From Saccostrea echinata (Eukaryota): 64,000 bases of DNA. The notes under the pieces were generated by a model. That model did not search any database and had not been told where the DNA came from. It saw only the letters and a list, made by a program, of their open reading frames with translations. The stretch's first letter is position 1. Each line of letters starts with the position of its first letter. The stretch lies in contig NW_026889764.1 of the NCBI RefSeq assembly GCF_033153115.1, forward strand, positions 4,092,001 through 4,156,000, in the 5' to 3' direction. Below are positions 12,442 to 24,724 of this stretch, piece by piece. The position numbers and the translations under genes were made by a program.

Positions 12442-15400
12442 TTATGATATCGTCGGGGGGACATTTTCCATTGAGATTTCCTCAAAGGATGACCCTGAAT
12501 CATTGCCATCTGAAGCCTTGCCCCCGTCTTCTTGTTTGAGCGGACTCAGCTGAGGGGTGGTCATTTGTTCAGAGCTAAAGCCCGAGTCCTGAAGAGTGGG
12601 GGGCTCACTAGTGTCTGGTGTGCACTGATCACGACCTTCATCCTCTAACAGTTTACGTGGAGTTTCCTCCCCTATGAGGATCTCTTCACTATGACAAATT
12701 ACCTCCCCTTCTTCCTCAGCCTCACTTTCACTGTCAGAAATTGGCATACCATCATCCATTGCTGTGCGGCTGTAACTGGTCTCCCTTGAAACTTTGAAAG
12801 ACAAAAAAGATGATTGATAAATAAATAACAATTCACAAAGAAAATTAGAAACAAAAAAATGTTCCTAGAAGAAGTGGGATAGGTCAGCAGAAGCAAACTG
12901 CATAAAACTATTACACTTGTTTTGCCATAGGAGATACAATTATGGGTACTTCCCTTAAGACACCTTATGGTTTACTAGAAATTTTGGATGAGACTTTACC
13001 TTTTGGTTTGAACTTTTTTTTGAATCACAAATGCACCTGGACCAGTAATATTTTTATCATGGGTTTTACATTTAAAATGCTCATTTAAAAAAAAAATCTA
13101 TGAATAAAATTAATGTGTACAAATACAGTAAACACCAACCAGGCTTTTTACTGATTGGACAGAAATTTGAAGATCTGCATAGATGATAAATAGAAAAATT
13201 ATTTTTAATATTTTTTTTTATGTAACCTTCTGTCTTTTGTAAAAATGTAAAAATCATTGACATTAGAAACTTAAAGTAGTGCACACATATTTGTTCATTG
13301 AAAGAGTCTATATTTGTTCTTGGTTTTATTCAAATCCAGTGAAAATTATAAGTAGGATAGCATTTTGAATGACTTGAATGGATCCTTATATATTTTGAAA
13401 CCATGACTACAATGTTCATCAAAAACATATATATCTGAAATTAGGTATCTTGATGTAGTCTACCTGTGTACAAAGTTTTACCGATATTTGACCAAAAATG
13501 TGAGAGGGGTAGTACATGTATTTTGAAAAACTGTTTAAAGACAGAAGTTCAGCTAGAATGATAGACAAATAGAAAACACTTTACTCATGCAGGTGCTCTT
13601 CTGGTATTTGATTGGTAGACTCAAAAATTAAGTTTAATTTCTATCATTTTTAGGGATTACCGGTACTTTATCGAATTTGTTAGATCTTGCATTTATTTCA
13701 GAGGTGCAATGAAAACTGTGTCAATATTATAGATAGTATACATTCTATGGAGTAGTCTGCTTAAAGGGGGATAACTCCTACACTGTACAAAATCATATAT
13801 GAAAAGCAAGTTCATGGCAGTACAATGCCCCTTCTCCCTTGTCAAAATAAACTTTATTATTTGTACAGCTCTTTTATCTGTTCTAGATCAATCCCCTTAG
13901 TTGTCTAATACTTAGTACAATAACACTTTATAGTGTCATAAATGATGAACCTTTTGTACCTAAATCTAAGGAATCCATTCTTGATCAAATATTGTTCCCA
14001 ATAAATATTTTTTCAAAGTTTCTATCTGTTTTTTCTCCCAATTCTGAGAATGTATTGACAAAATGGAGAAAATTGGATATTTCTTGATATAGAAAAGATT
14101 GAAAAGAATCTTTGAACTTTGTCACTTACTATGCAGTTTATTTGGAGTACTTGTGTCAGAGGGTTTGTTAATTGTAAAATACATACATGTATGTATACCC
14201 TCAAAGTAAGAAAAAGATACTCTAGGGGGTTTCAGAAATTTTTTTAAAACATGGCTAGAGGTTAAATTCAATAACTAAAAAAAATATATATATATATTTG
14301 AAGCATATCCCAACAATATTTCCTCTGATTTCACCTCAGTCTGGAGAAGGACAACACTCTGTATGTAGGGGTATATTACAATATTGGCTGCAGTGCCCTT
14401 ACCTGACACACTCTCATCTACAGAGCTGTCATCTTCATCATCTCCGTCCTCGGCCCTGTCCTCATCCTCCTGAACCTCAGGGACGTAGAATTCATTCTGC
14501 CGAGCCAGAGGGGCAATGAAATAGATGAAGCCTCCATCATACACCTCTAAATAGGGATGAGCACATAACTTACGCTCCTGAAAATTAGAAAATTTACAAT
14601 TTCGTTTAGAAAGAAGATGGGCGAACAAGGCAAGTGAAATGCCTATGGTGCGACAAATATGAAAGTGAAAATTAAATCTCATTATAACAAAAATTTTCTT
14701 TGAAATTTCATCTAACATGAAAGTATACTTTATGTAAAATCTCCAGAAAGTACAAAAATCTCACAAAGATTAAAATATGTTGATGGTGCAACATTGGGGC
14801 GAGCGCATTGTTCACTTAATTTTAAGATCCGCCTCTTCAAACCGCATGAGACATTTGCAACGTCTAAACTGTGACATCACATGACGTTGTATGTTAGCTG
14901 CATTTCCATAAACGAAGTTTGAAAAGTGCAAAAATTTTAACAAAGAAGTTTAATCTACTATCTGTTTGTAATATCCATTAAATTAAGGTGAGTTTATTTT
15001 TTGTGAATTTTTAGTTGTTGTTAGCGCGCAAACGAAGTTAGCAGTGAGAACAAGAAGCAATGCATTGTGGGTCCAGAATTACTGAGGAAAAAATTCTGTT
15101 GAATGAATGTGCAGTAGTCTGATATTTTCTCTTCGCCCAGGTGTTGTCGTTAGAGCTCGCAGTGACAAGCGGCACTTTGCGCCGCTCGCTGTGCTCACTA
15201 TTATTTGTCTGTGAAATAGCATACACACACACGACGGGCCAAACTAGCTGCAGAACTGTAGCTCTCTGCTTGAGAAAATTCGGACAGACACAGCAGAGAG
15301 CTACAGATCCAAGTGTTGTAAAAACCTTCGATTTACCTTTCAACGGTTCCAGACGGCCGTAATATCAGTTTAAAAAATGCATTCCGACGTCAACGTTGGT

Positions 15401-17746
15401 GTCATCCTGAAACAACACGCCCGAGTTTTATTTATCTCATTTCTTTTTTACATACATGTTGTTTTGTAATCTTTATAGACAATATACATGATATTTAAAC
15501 CTCCTGAAATTTTTATTTACATTTTCTTGACAAGTGTATGTTCTTTGAATTACTTCTTTTCGCACAACCCCCAATAACATGGACGTCAGAATGGGAATTT
15601 TTTAACCCTACATTTCAAAAGCATAAAGGGCTGTTTGAGACCGTTGAAAGGTAAATAAAGTGTCAGGAATAGGAGTAAAATATATGGATAATTATTGGAT
15701 ACCACTTTTAAAGCAGGGGAAAGCATTAAATACAAGAAATAATAGCCGAAGCGAGCGACAAAAAAGCGGCGGCGTAAATCAAAGGTTTTTACAACGCTTA
15801 CTCTCTGCTTTGTCTGTCCGAATTTTCTCAAGCAGAGAGCTACAGTTCTGCAGCTAACACACACCAAAAAGGGCAAAAAATATCATTTTCTCATAACACA
15901 ATTTTTCCATATGAGTGGGTCTCCTTCCATTTTTTTTTTGGAAAATTTATCCTCAAAGAATGCAAAAAATATACATTTTTTGGTTAACAAAAACATGGAA
16001 CAAAGACCCACTATATCTTATAAATACACTTTTATGACACAGCATTCACATATTTCTGAGAAATACTTGAAGTCCATTTAGTCAAGGGTCATATCACAAA
16101 CATGATTTAAATGTCATGCTATGTCAGGAGTTGTGTAGCATAGTGGTTAGCATGATAGTCTCAGAGGAAAAATGATACTCTGGATTTTTATTGCTATGGT
16201 TCGAACCCCAAGAATAGCATATTATTTTTTTAAATAATACAGAATAGTTTTTGCCAGGAAAATTTTTTGCAAAGTTTTGTTTGTCATAATTTCATAAATT
16301 CCAGTAATAAGAACTTATCTCTAAATACAAAATTCACAAACTGAATGTGACTTTTAAACATCTGAAGCTATAGGCATACTGCAAGCCTTGTTCACCCATC
16401 TTCTTATAATATTCAAGATAGATACATGTAAAAAGTAAAAATCTTGTCAATGAAATGTTCCTCCACAATACCAAATAAACAAGCCAATTTCAAAATATCT
16501 TATACTCTTTTTCTTCTTTGACAATTTATTCACTGAAAAATTTTTAAGGATATGTATCTTTGAGATGTATTAAATGTTGAATGTACTACACTGTATAAAT
16601 AGCATTTGCAGAGACATGTCATGCAAATCATTGATAAAATTAATAAAGTTTTACAGAGAATTAATCCTGACCTGTACATAATCATTCATTCTTGGGTATA
16701 CCCTCCACACTGCAATAAGAATGGATAGAGCGCTTCTGTATGGAAAGGAGGTATTGACAGCATATGATACAGATGGAAGCTTGGCAATTTTATAACCAAA
16801 CTTTAGCAGTTGTTCCTGAACAGCTTCATCAATTTCAGTTCCATCCTCAGAGAGAACAGAGCCAACAACATAACGCAATTTCTCTGCTTCTACCTATAAC
16901 AGAAAAATTATTTCTTCAAAGATTTCAACTGACTGAAATTCTTTATATCAGAAAAGGGCTACAAATACATATATTCTAGAGTAGACTCACACTAGAGTCC
17001 TCATCTTAATGAATAAAGAAGATACAAGGCATTACTTTGGCAAGTATGAAATCAAGTCATATTTAACATGTTTGAACTGAAAAAAAAATATTTTTAGTGC
17101 TAAATGGAATAGAGTTTTTGATTGAGACTGTCTGGAAATTCAGAATTTCACATAGTGGGTCAACTTTCGTAAAGTGGATGATAAATTAATGTGCTGTTCT
17201 TTGAGATTTGTTCTTAATTCAGAGGTTTGGTTAAATTTATACAGTTGTTTCATCCAGCTTTTTTGTTTTTTTCATTAAAATATTTACTAGTCAACCCTTA
17301 CAAATAAATTAACATTTCATCATGACATCTGCACTTTCATTTTCATATATTCAGTAAGATTCTGATTTAATCCATCTGGCAAGACAATGACGTCACACAC
17401 GGATCTACAATATTAATCTTATGATAATCCACTCTTATGCATGTAGTTATGACTACATGTGAAACCTTAATATGCGTAGCCTCACCACTCTGGGGTCATC
17501 ATAATAGATGCCTATGGTTTTGTAGCCCTGAGGGGTCAGTCCGCAGACTTCAGTAAACACGGGGCCACATTCCTTGTATGGACCGCGACAGAATTTGTAA
17601 GCAATGACAGCCTCTCCGAGCGGGGGTTTCCCCGTCTTAACATCAATCGTCTCAAACAAGCCCGACAATAGCAACAATGCCAGAAACGTCAATATCAGAC
17701 ATAAACCCAAAACTCCAATGCCAGCGATCAGCAGCATTTCAGCCAT
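12442..17746 (-). CDS. TEX264: Testis-expressed protein 264 homolog (ER-phagy receptor), 4 coding exons, ~335 aa
   Basis: Exons 17746-17486, 16893-16672, 14577-14403 and 12791-12442, all GT-AG with consistent phases (0,0,1). N-terminal TM helix (LLIAGIGVLGLCLILTFLALLLL), GyrI-like domain motifs (YKFCRGPY, IGIYYDDP, FPYRS, RVYP, CAHPYLEVY, FYVPE), acidic disordered tail and LIR SSFEEI. Confidence 0.93.
15245..15856. mobile_element. Foldback MITE in TEX264 intron 2
   Basis: TAGCTGCAGAACTGTAGCTCTCTGCTTGAGAAAATTCGGACAGACA at 15245 is the reverse complement of the sequence ending at 15856; further inverted match between ~15330-15360 and ~15630-15658. Confidence 0.65.
16111..16353. mobile_element. 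Small TTAA-flanked (Kolobok-like) element containing tRNA-like A/B boxes
   Basis: TTAA on both sides, weak TIR (ATGTCATGC vs GAATGTGACTT), internal TAGCATAGTGG (A-box-like) and GGTTCGAACC (B-box-like). Confidence 0.35.
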
Positions 17747-20700
17747 TGTTTTGGTTTTTCGATGTCCCTCTAGACTGATCATAGATTATATAATAAAATA
17801 CCAGTAGATCCCGAGAATTATAAACTGGTTCTCATCAGTCGATTCCATACGGAACGGAACGAGTGTTGCCGAATACTCGTTCATCAGGGAGGATAACTCC
17901 AACTTTCTTATAAAATAGATCATGTACAGTGTATATGGAATTTATTTCAATAGTTGGAAACATAAATTTCATATCCAATTTTTCCGACTTCAAGTTAAAT
18001 ATAATTCTGGATACTATTTTCATACTGCGATAACAACACTTGTTATTTTCACAGTTTGAATTGAGATAAAAAATCTGTGAACATTGCAATTTTATTCAAT
18101 GGAGAAATTAAATTATTGAATTGAATAAATAAATTTATTTATTTTTTTTACTTTCGGATACTGAATCATAAGAAAGAAATATATTTCATAATATAAAAGC
18201 AACACTTTCACAACAAAAACAATATTACATTTTTGATTTAAAAGTTTTCTCTGGTAACCAAGACTATTAAAAAATTTAATTTATGATTAAGTCCCACCTT
18301 CACCCTGTTGATAACTTACATTAGCCCACACTCTCTCTCCCTCTTAATTTTAAATTGGACACAGTTCGATATCAATTGTTTTTCTTTTTTATTTGTCTGT
18401 AACGATGATTTTCTTTTCGTGATCAACAACGTAATATTATACATAAAGATTAAAAAAAAAAAAGCAGAACGTGTTTTCTTTGCTTCAGAGTCCTTGAGTA
18501 AGTGTGACTGATGAGTTATTTACAGTTTTGGATGCTCTGTACATGCCTCCCAGCTGTTACACATTCCTGCAGTCCATAATGTGGGGGAGTGACACAAGAA
18601 GGCAGAATTTGTTTATGATGACAGATGAAAGAAACTCCTGAATATCAGGCAGGTGTGGGGGAAAATATACACGTGAGATGGTCGATCTTCTTTTACCAAG
18701 CGCTGATTAAATTTATAGGACAATCCTGTTCAAATTTCTGGTGTGTAATATTGAGAAATATTTTTCTTTATATCTACAATAAGTATGTCAACTTAACTAC
18801 ACGTACACTGTTTGTAAATCTTAGATCTTTAATTTACTATTCTAAGACTTTTCATAAGTAGAAATTTTGATTAGAAATGGTGATATATAGGGAAATTTAT
18901 AATGGAATAATTGTGAGCTATTTTAAAGATTGATCAATATGGACCGTTTCCTAAAAGGAGAGAAGTCCAATTAATATCTTTGAGAACGGCGAACTGATAC
19001 AAAGCAAAGACATTAACATACAGTTTGCCTATATTCATGATATTATGCGAATGATTAATTACCAATTACATGTATACAATATGAAATTAATTTGTTACTG
19101 AAAGCCCAGATTGTACTCATTCTATTATCTTTACATTTAGAACACAGAATATAAATTTGTATAAAATTTATATATTGATAAATTCTATAAACAATGCCGA
19201 AGATCAATGTAGTTATGCATAAATACTGAACATTCCGTCACTGAAAAAATGTTAGGCATGCATGTATTTCAAAATCACACATAAAAATACAATCACACAT
19301 TTTAGTATATGCTTTGAATGTTATCACTTTCACTGGAATCATATCGACACATGTCATGTTTTAATGGCATTTTGCATAATCGAAGCGTGATGGTTGGTAG
19401 AGTTGCAATGGAAATGCATATTGTTGTCATTATTTTCAGAATTGACTTGAAACGGACCTAAAACGAAATGATAAGAATGCATTTACATTGCACGCAAAGC
19501 TTTTAGATGGACTGGGGATAATCGTCGGTAATTCGCGTGTTTACATTCAAAATTAGAAAAGGAATTTTATGAAAAAGTCTTTATACAATTTATGAGAAAG
19601 TTCTTTAAAGATTTTCACAATGATCTCGATAATTGTTTAAATGCTAAAAGCAAAATAAACATGATAAAGAAGTAATGGGACGATTAACTTAACATGCCAT
19701 GAATGTTTTTATTTTCAAAATTTTCTCTGAGTTTGACTTTCAGTGTTTTAGTATGAATTAAATGGACTCTTATCAAAGAACTAGTGATATTCATCTTTAG
19801 CGACCTGAAAAAAAGAAAAAAAAAACTCTTGTGTTAATGCTGTTTGCATGTGCTAAGTTCATATAAAAGGCACTAGATGTATAAAATAATACGAAGCCGA
19901 TATGATAAGCCAAAATAGGACGAATCAGTGTTGCTAAAGGGAAGATTGGGAGAAAATATATATCTGTCATTTGTTGATAAATTTTCATCATTTACTTCAT
20001 TTGTAGAGGCACACTTTCCAAGTTTCCTCTGAACTTTTACCCCCTGTTCCAATTATCACATGCCCCTGGGGCTACATTAACCTAACGACTTGAGACGGTC
20101 CAACTAAGGACAAATGTTATAATGGGAAAACATATACATTAATTCTGTGTATGCACTCAAATTCACACCTGTACACTTATGAGGAAAATTAATTTATAAT
20201 ATACATGTATATTTATCATTTTGATTTTTCCTAAAATCTGAACCCGCACCCAGCATGGAGTTCTTGTAATTTAAATATGACTAAAATATTAAAATATTGA
20301 TAAAATTTAATGACCCCCCCCCCCAAAAAAACAACAAAAACGCCAACCCCCCCCCCTAAAAAATAACTTATTTTACCATCCACGCATTTACATGTACCTT
20401 GTCAACATAAGGTTACGTTATGTACATGTATATTGTTGTACACTCTGTGCTTTAATTTTATGCAAATGTAAAGTTTAAAATTTAAATTTTAAAATTAAAA
20501 TGAATAAATAACATTAAAATTCTAGTAATAAGAAATAGAAGAAAAAAAAAAGTTCAGTTAATGTATTTCACTTCATTCCTACCGAACTCCTTTAAAGGGA
20601 GAGGCAATTTAAAAGTATTATTAACAAACAGGTTTTCCATACATTTTATTTATATGTAAACAATACCATGCAAGAAATGTGAGAAATTTTTATTGCCACC

Positions 20701-21204
20701 GATTTAGAAATGATAATGTTATATTCTTTTGACCATACGATACATGAATATCGTTTTCTAATGGAGTTCCATTCCACATAATTATATTGCGTAGGACGAT
20801 GTCATAATATTGCATATTAAGATTACTAGTCGTTGTGGAATTTTTAACGAGCGAAAATCTGTAAACACCCTGATTACCTGTAGTTTTAAGATATTTGTAG
20901 ATATGTTTCATTATACATGTACCTATAAAAGTCTACATGTACAAGGTAATTATACAGCTTCGTCCTTCAAGGACATTACAAAACAGCAGCTTTAAACGGA
21001 TAAAACAGTTTTTATCTGAGAAGCATTAAAAAAATTCCCTTCAACTTCAGTGGCGCCATGCTAAATTGGAGGTATATAACAAGACATGTACATTATTATA
21101 GGGATTATTATCATTTTACACGCACATGTAAACTTGGTTGTGACTTTAACATAAGTTATAAGAGTCAATAGTCTTTCGGTAAAGATCTGAAAAATCAAAT
21201 GTTA

Positions 21205-21340
21205 ATTCTATGTAGCGGAACCTGCTGACACTTGCAGGTGACCTCCTGATATGGGCGAAAAATTCTCTCATGGATTTAAACTCTAATTAATTAATTAATT
21301 AATTAATTAATTAATTAATTAATTAATTAAATAATTAATC
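21205..21340 (+). mobile_element. 3' fragment of a SINE with an expanded (TTAA)n tail
   Basis: ...gcaggtgacctcctgatatgggcgaaaaattctc... resembles the reverse complement of the SINE tail region at 47729-47790 and 53486-53550; followed by about 12 TTAA units. Confidence 0.45.
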
Positions 21341-21422
21341 AACCAAAAGTAAATGGTCACATACAGATGAGACACGTACAGTAAACCCAAATTATATATT
21401 TCTATGTATATTGTACGTATAA

Positions 21423-22120
21423 GGTCTCGATCAAATATTACCGGATATAACGCTAACGGGCGTCAAACATATCGCAAATCGTCTCTGTTTGCATAAGTTT
21501 TTGGTGCGTCTCTTTTTCGGTGAATAAGTTCAATTTCCAGAGAAGGTCCAGAGAAGTACAGTTTAATCAGCAGAAAGTTTTGAGCATTTTCAAACGTTGG
21601 AACAGTTACCATCAGACTCAGGTGCCCGCTAAAAGTACGGTACAATGTAGGTCTGTTTAAAGTACGGTACGTATGCGTTTTGTACGGAATTCATGCGCTT
21701 TTTTCCTGTACTTTAATTAAAGACCGTTCTGGTTACGTGGATCCCCGTTGGACCTGAGTCACACCTGGACAATTAAGTCGTGAAATGGATAAACCGGACG
21801 TGCTTGGACACCGACCGCATGTCCGTTAGTCTAATGTTTGAAAACTGTTTTATCGGTTTCTCATGCGTTAACTGCACGTTCGTTTTACACAGTACTTACT
21901 ACTTCGTTACTGAAACGGTGACGTCATTTAGTTGACCTTATTATGCCAGGTCTTCTAATCGTCCAGTTCAGTCTGTTTTATATGCATCATACGTTGATTG
22001 CATGCAAGAGTGAAAGAGCTTGCCATATGCAAAGCAGCTTTCAGATTACCAACAAATTGCGTTCTGCCTCCCTTATAGTTTTTCATCCGTTTGATGTCTT
22101 ATATGGCGCTGACTGAGCCC
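21423..22120. mobile_element. Old PIF/Harbinger-like non-autonomous element
   Basis: TAA flanks on both sides; weak TIRs GGTCTCGATCA and TGACTGAGCCC; interior rich in ACGG/CCGT motifs. Confidence 0.4.
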
Positions 22121-24282
22121 TAAGATCAGGGACATTTTAAACCGTTAACTTCGATCGCCCAATTACTAGTCATAGATGTGACCTGATCACCACCTCAAAA
22201 TTACATCTATTTTACCCAATTCATCCAAAGGAATTCGCAAACTTTTAGATAACACCAAGAAACCGAACGCACCCTTAAGGAAGAGGGAATCCGGAGACCA
22301 GGTACGGCTATATGTTAGTACCAAGACTTAAGGCACATTGTTTTTCTTTAAGTACATTGACTTGGTAAACCAAATGTTATTTACTATTTGGCCATCGAGA
22401 CACACTGTGTCAACTAACTACCCACAAAAGAAAACATTACGCCATTCATGGCTGGATGGTAAAGAACAATCCGAGCGTTTCTCTAGTTTTGTAAAATTTA
22501 ATCTTGAATCCGGGCACGGATAGAGCACACGGAGAGAAAAGATGACCTGATTGTTTTCAGTTTTATTACTTTTCTGAATAAGCCGATTACTCACTTGAAT
22601 CCATATGGTCCAGAATGAAATACACTGTAACTGAAAAATAAAACCCAAGGGTAGACATACTTTTATACAAAATAAAATGAACGACCACACAGTGATGATT
22701 TTTTTCCTTCTTGTACACTTTAAAATGGCAGAATTGTTTTTTTAAAATACAATTTTAAGTGCTGATTGAGCAGAGTTGTCCAATTTATTCTTTTTTGGCA
22801 AAAACGTTTTATTAGATTTTGAAGAAGGCTTGTAATGTTGAATAGAAACTTCTTCAGTAGGTTTTTAATACACAGAGTTTTATTCTACAAAACCTAATAA
22901 AATGACCAATATCATGAATATTTAATGGCCAAATATATTTATTGGTACATGTATGAATTTCAACTTAAGGTACACAGTAGCGGCAACAGTATAAGTTCTT
23001 ACCCAGGATCGTAGCAGTGGAGTCATTTGTAACTGTAGGATGTCAAGTCTGTTAAATAAATAACATAATGTTTACCATTAATGTTGCAGTGAGTGGACTC
23101 GTACTGTACAGTTTATCATTTTAGAATAAACATATGCATACTGTTACCAAAGAAACCAAACAAACAAGACCAAAACAAAAATAAAAGAATGAAAGACTGC
23201 GATAGATATGTTAAAGACTTTAACAGTTTTGCCTGAAAATTTTTAAGATTTTTGATAGGTGTATATCGTACATTAGAAAAGGTATACGTGCGTAAAAGTT
23301 GAATTCAAGCCAGCTAGGACATGAGCATGTTTAGTATTTTAAATGATACAGGCCAAATACAAAACAACGTTTAATTTAAAAGCAATTTTTTTTGTCCAAA
23401 AATGCAAAGAATTGGTATGTATCTTTGTGACGCCAAATCTATTTCACCAAAGTATTCCTTTGATTTTTTCCTCCTGGATTATTATATGATGTGCAAAAAT
23501 TACTCAACATATATTCTCTACGCAGAATATTTTATAGTTTTAACAACACTTTTTTCAACATCTTTTACAGGGACAAAAAATGCTAAGTTCTTTGAAGTAT
23601 TTTTCTAAAATTTCCAACTTTTCTTATGTGCGCAGGCAAGAATTGAAGGAGTACAATTCTTCGCATCATTCAATAAATCAGAGAATCTTAATGATACATG
23701 AAGAGAAATCACTTTTTCAATCATTGAGGACAGATTTATAAATGGTGTTTTATCTTCCCGTGTGTTTGTTCGGTTGTGACTTCTTTTGACATATTATCCG
23801 TGACCAGTGTACAACCACATAAACAAGGCCGTCCCGAGATTCCTTCAGATCAGCCATGTGACGAGACATTTCATTGAATAAGACAAGATTTTTTTGATAA
23901 GTAAGTGAAAAATTATTGCCGAATTTGTACAATAAATAATTTCATTGTCCGCATGACCTCACGGCGGACGCGACTTAGGTTCAGGGAGATGAAATATGTT
24001 TTGTTCCTGTCACACGAGTCACTGACTGGAAAAGGACATCACGATTTATGCCCCCTCTTTCGCTTGTGTTGCTCTCGGTCATGTTTTATTAAAAATTATG
24101 TCGTTGACGCAAACTTACCAAAACACTCTTATAATAGGAAGGACCTTTTAATCAAAGTTCACTTTCAAAAAACAAACAAACAAACAAACGAAACCAGGAA
24201 AAAAAGATGGAACGCCTTCATACTGGGAATATTACAGAGATTTTGCTGGATGAAGGAAAACACACGGTTTACTTGCTAAATT

Positions 24283-24724
24283 AACAAGCATTCTAAGAGT
24301 ATTGCATTAGCAATACTAGTCCCTACCGGCAAATGTAATCTGGTTCCCATTAAAATTTAATAATTCCATCAAAACATCATTGAAGCGGAACAAAATGAAA
24401 ACTTCATCTTTAACTCGTCAAGATAAACTCACATACCAAAAATCAACTCTACACAATATCTGCAAGCGTTTAGAAAAAAATTGTGGAAAACCCTTTAAAA
24501 TTAAAAAGACCGTATTTCCGTCAAAAATCAATGAAGCAGAACGAAAAGTAAACTTGATCTGTAACTCATCAAGATACACTCACAGACCAAAAATCAGCTC
24601 AAAATCTGCAAGCGTTTAGAAGAAAAGTGCAGAAAACCAAGAAGGACAGACTGACAAACAGACAGAGGGACAGACTCAGAGGAAACCTATAGTCCCCTCC
24701 GGTTTCACTGGTAGGGACTAATAA
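24283..24724 (-). mobile_element. Helentron/HINE-like element, family B
   Basis: aacaagcattct...GTATTGC-GCAATAC hairpin...AGTCCCTACCGG at one end; GACA microsatellite and AGTCCCCTCCGGTTTCACTGGTAGGGACTAATAA at the other; ~125-bp internal repeats. Same family as the copies at 42895, 55020 and 63778. Confidence 0.75.

Noticed and set aside
16125-16215. Possible tRNA gene
   Set aside because: A/B-box-like motifs are present but no acceptor or anticodon stems can be formed; the SINE head at ~47880-47953 is likewise not a tRNA gene.
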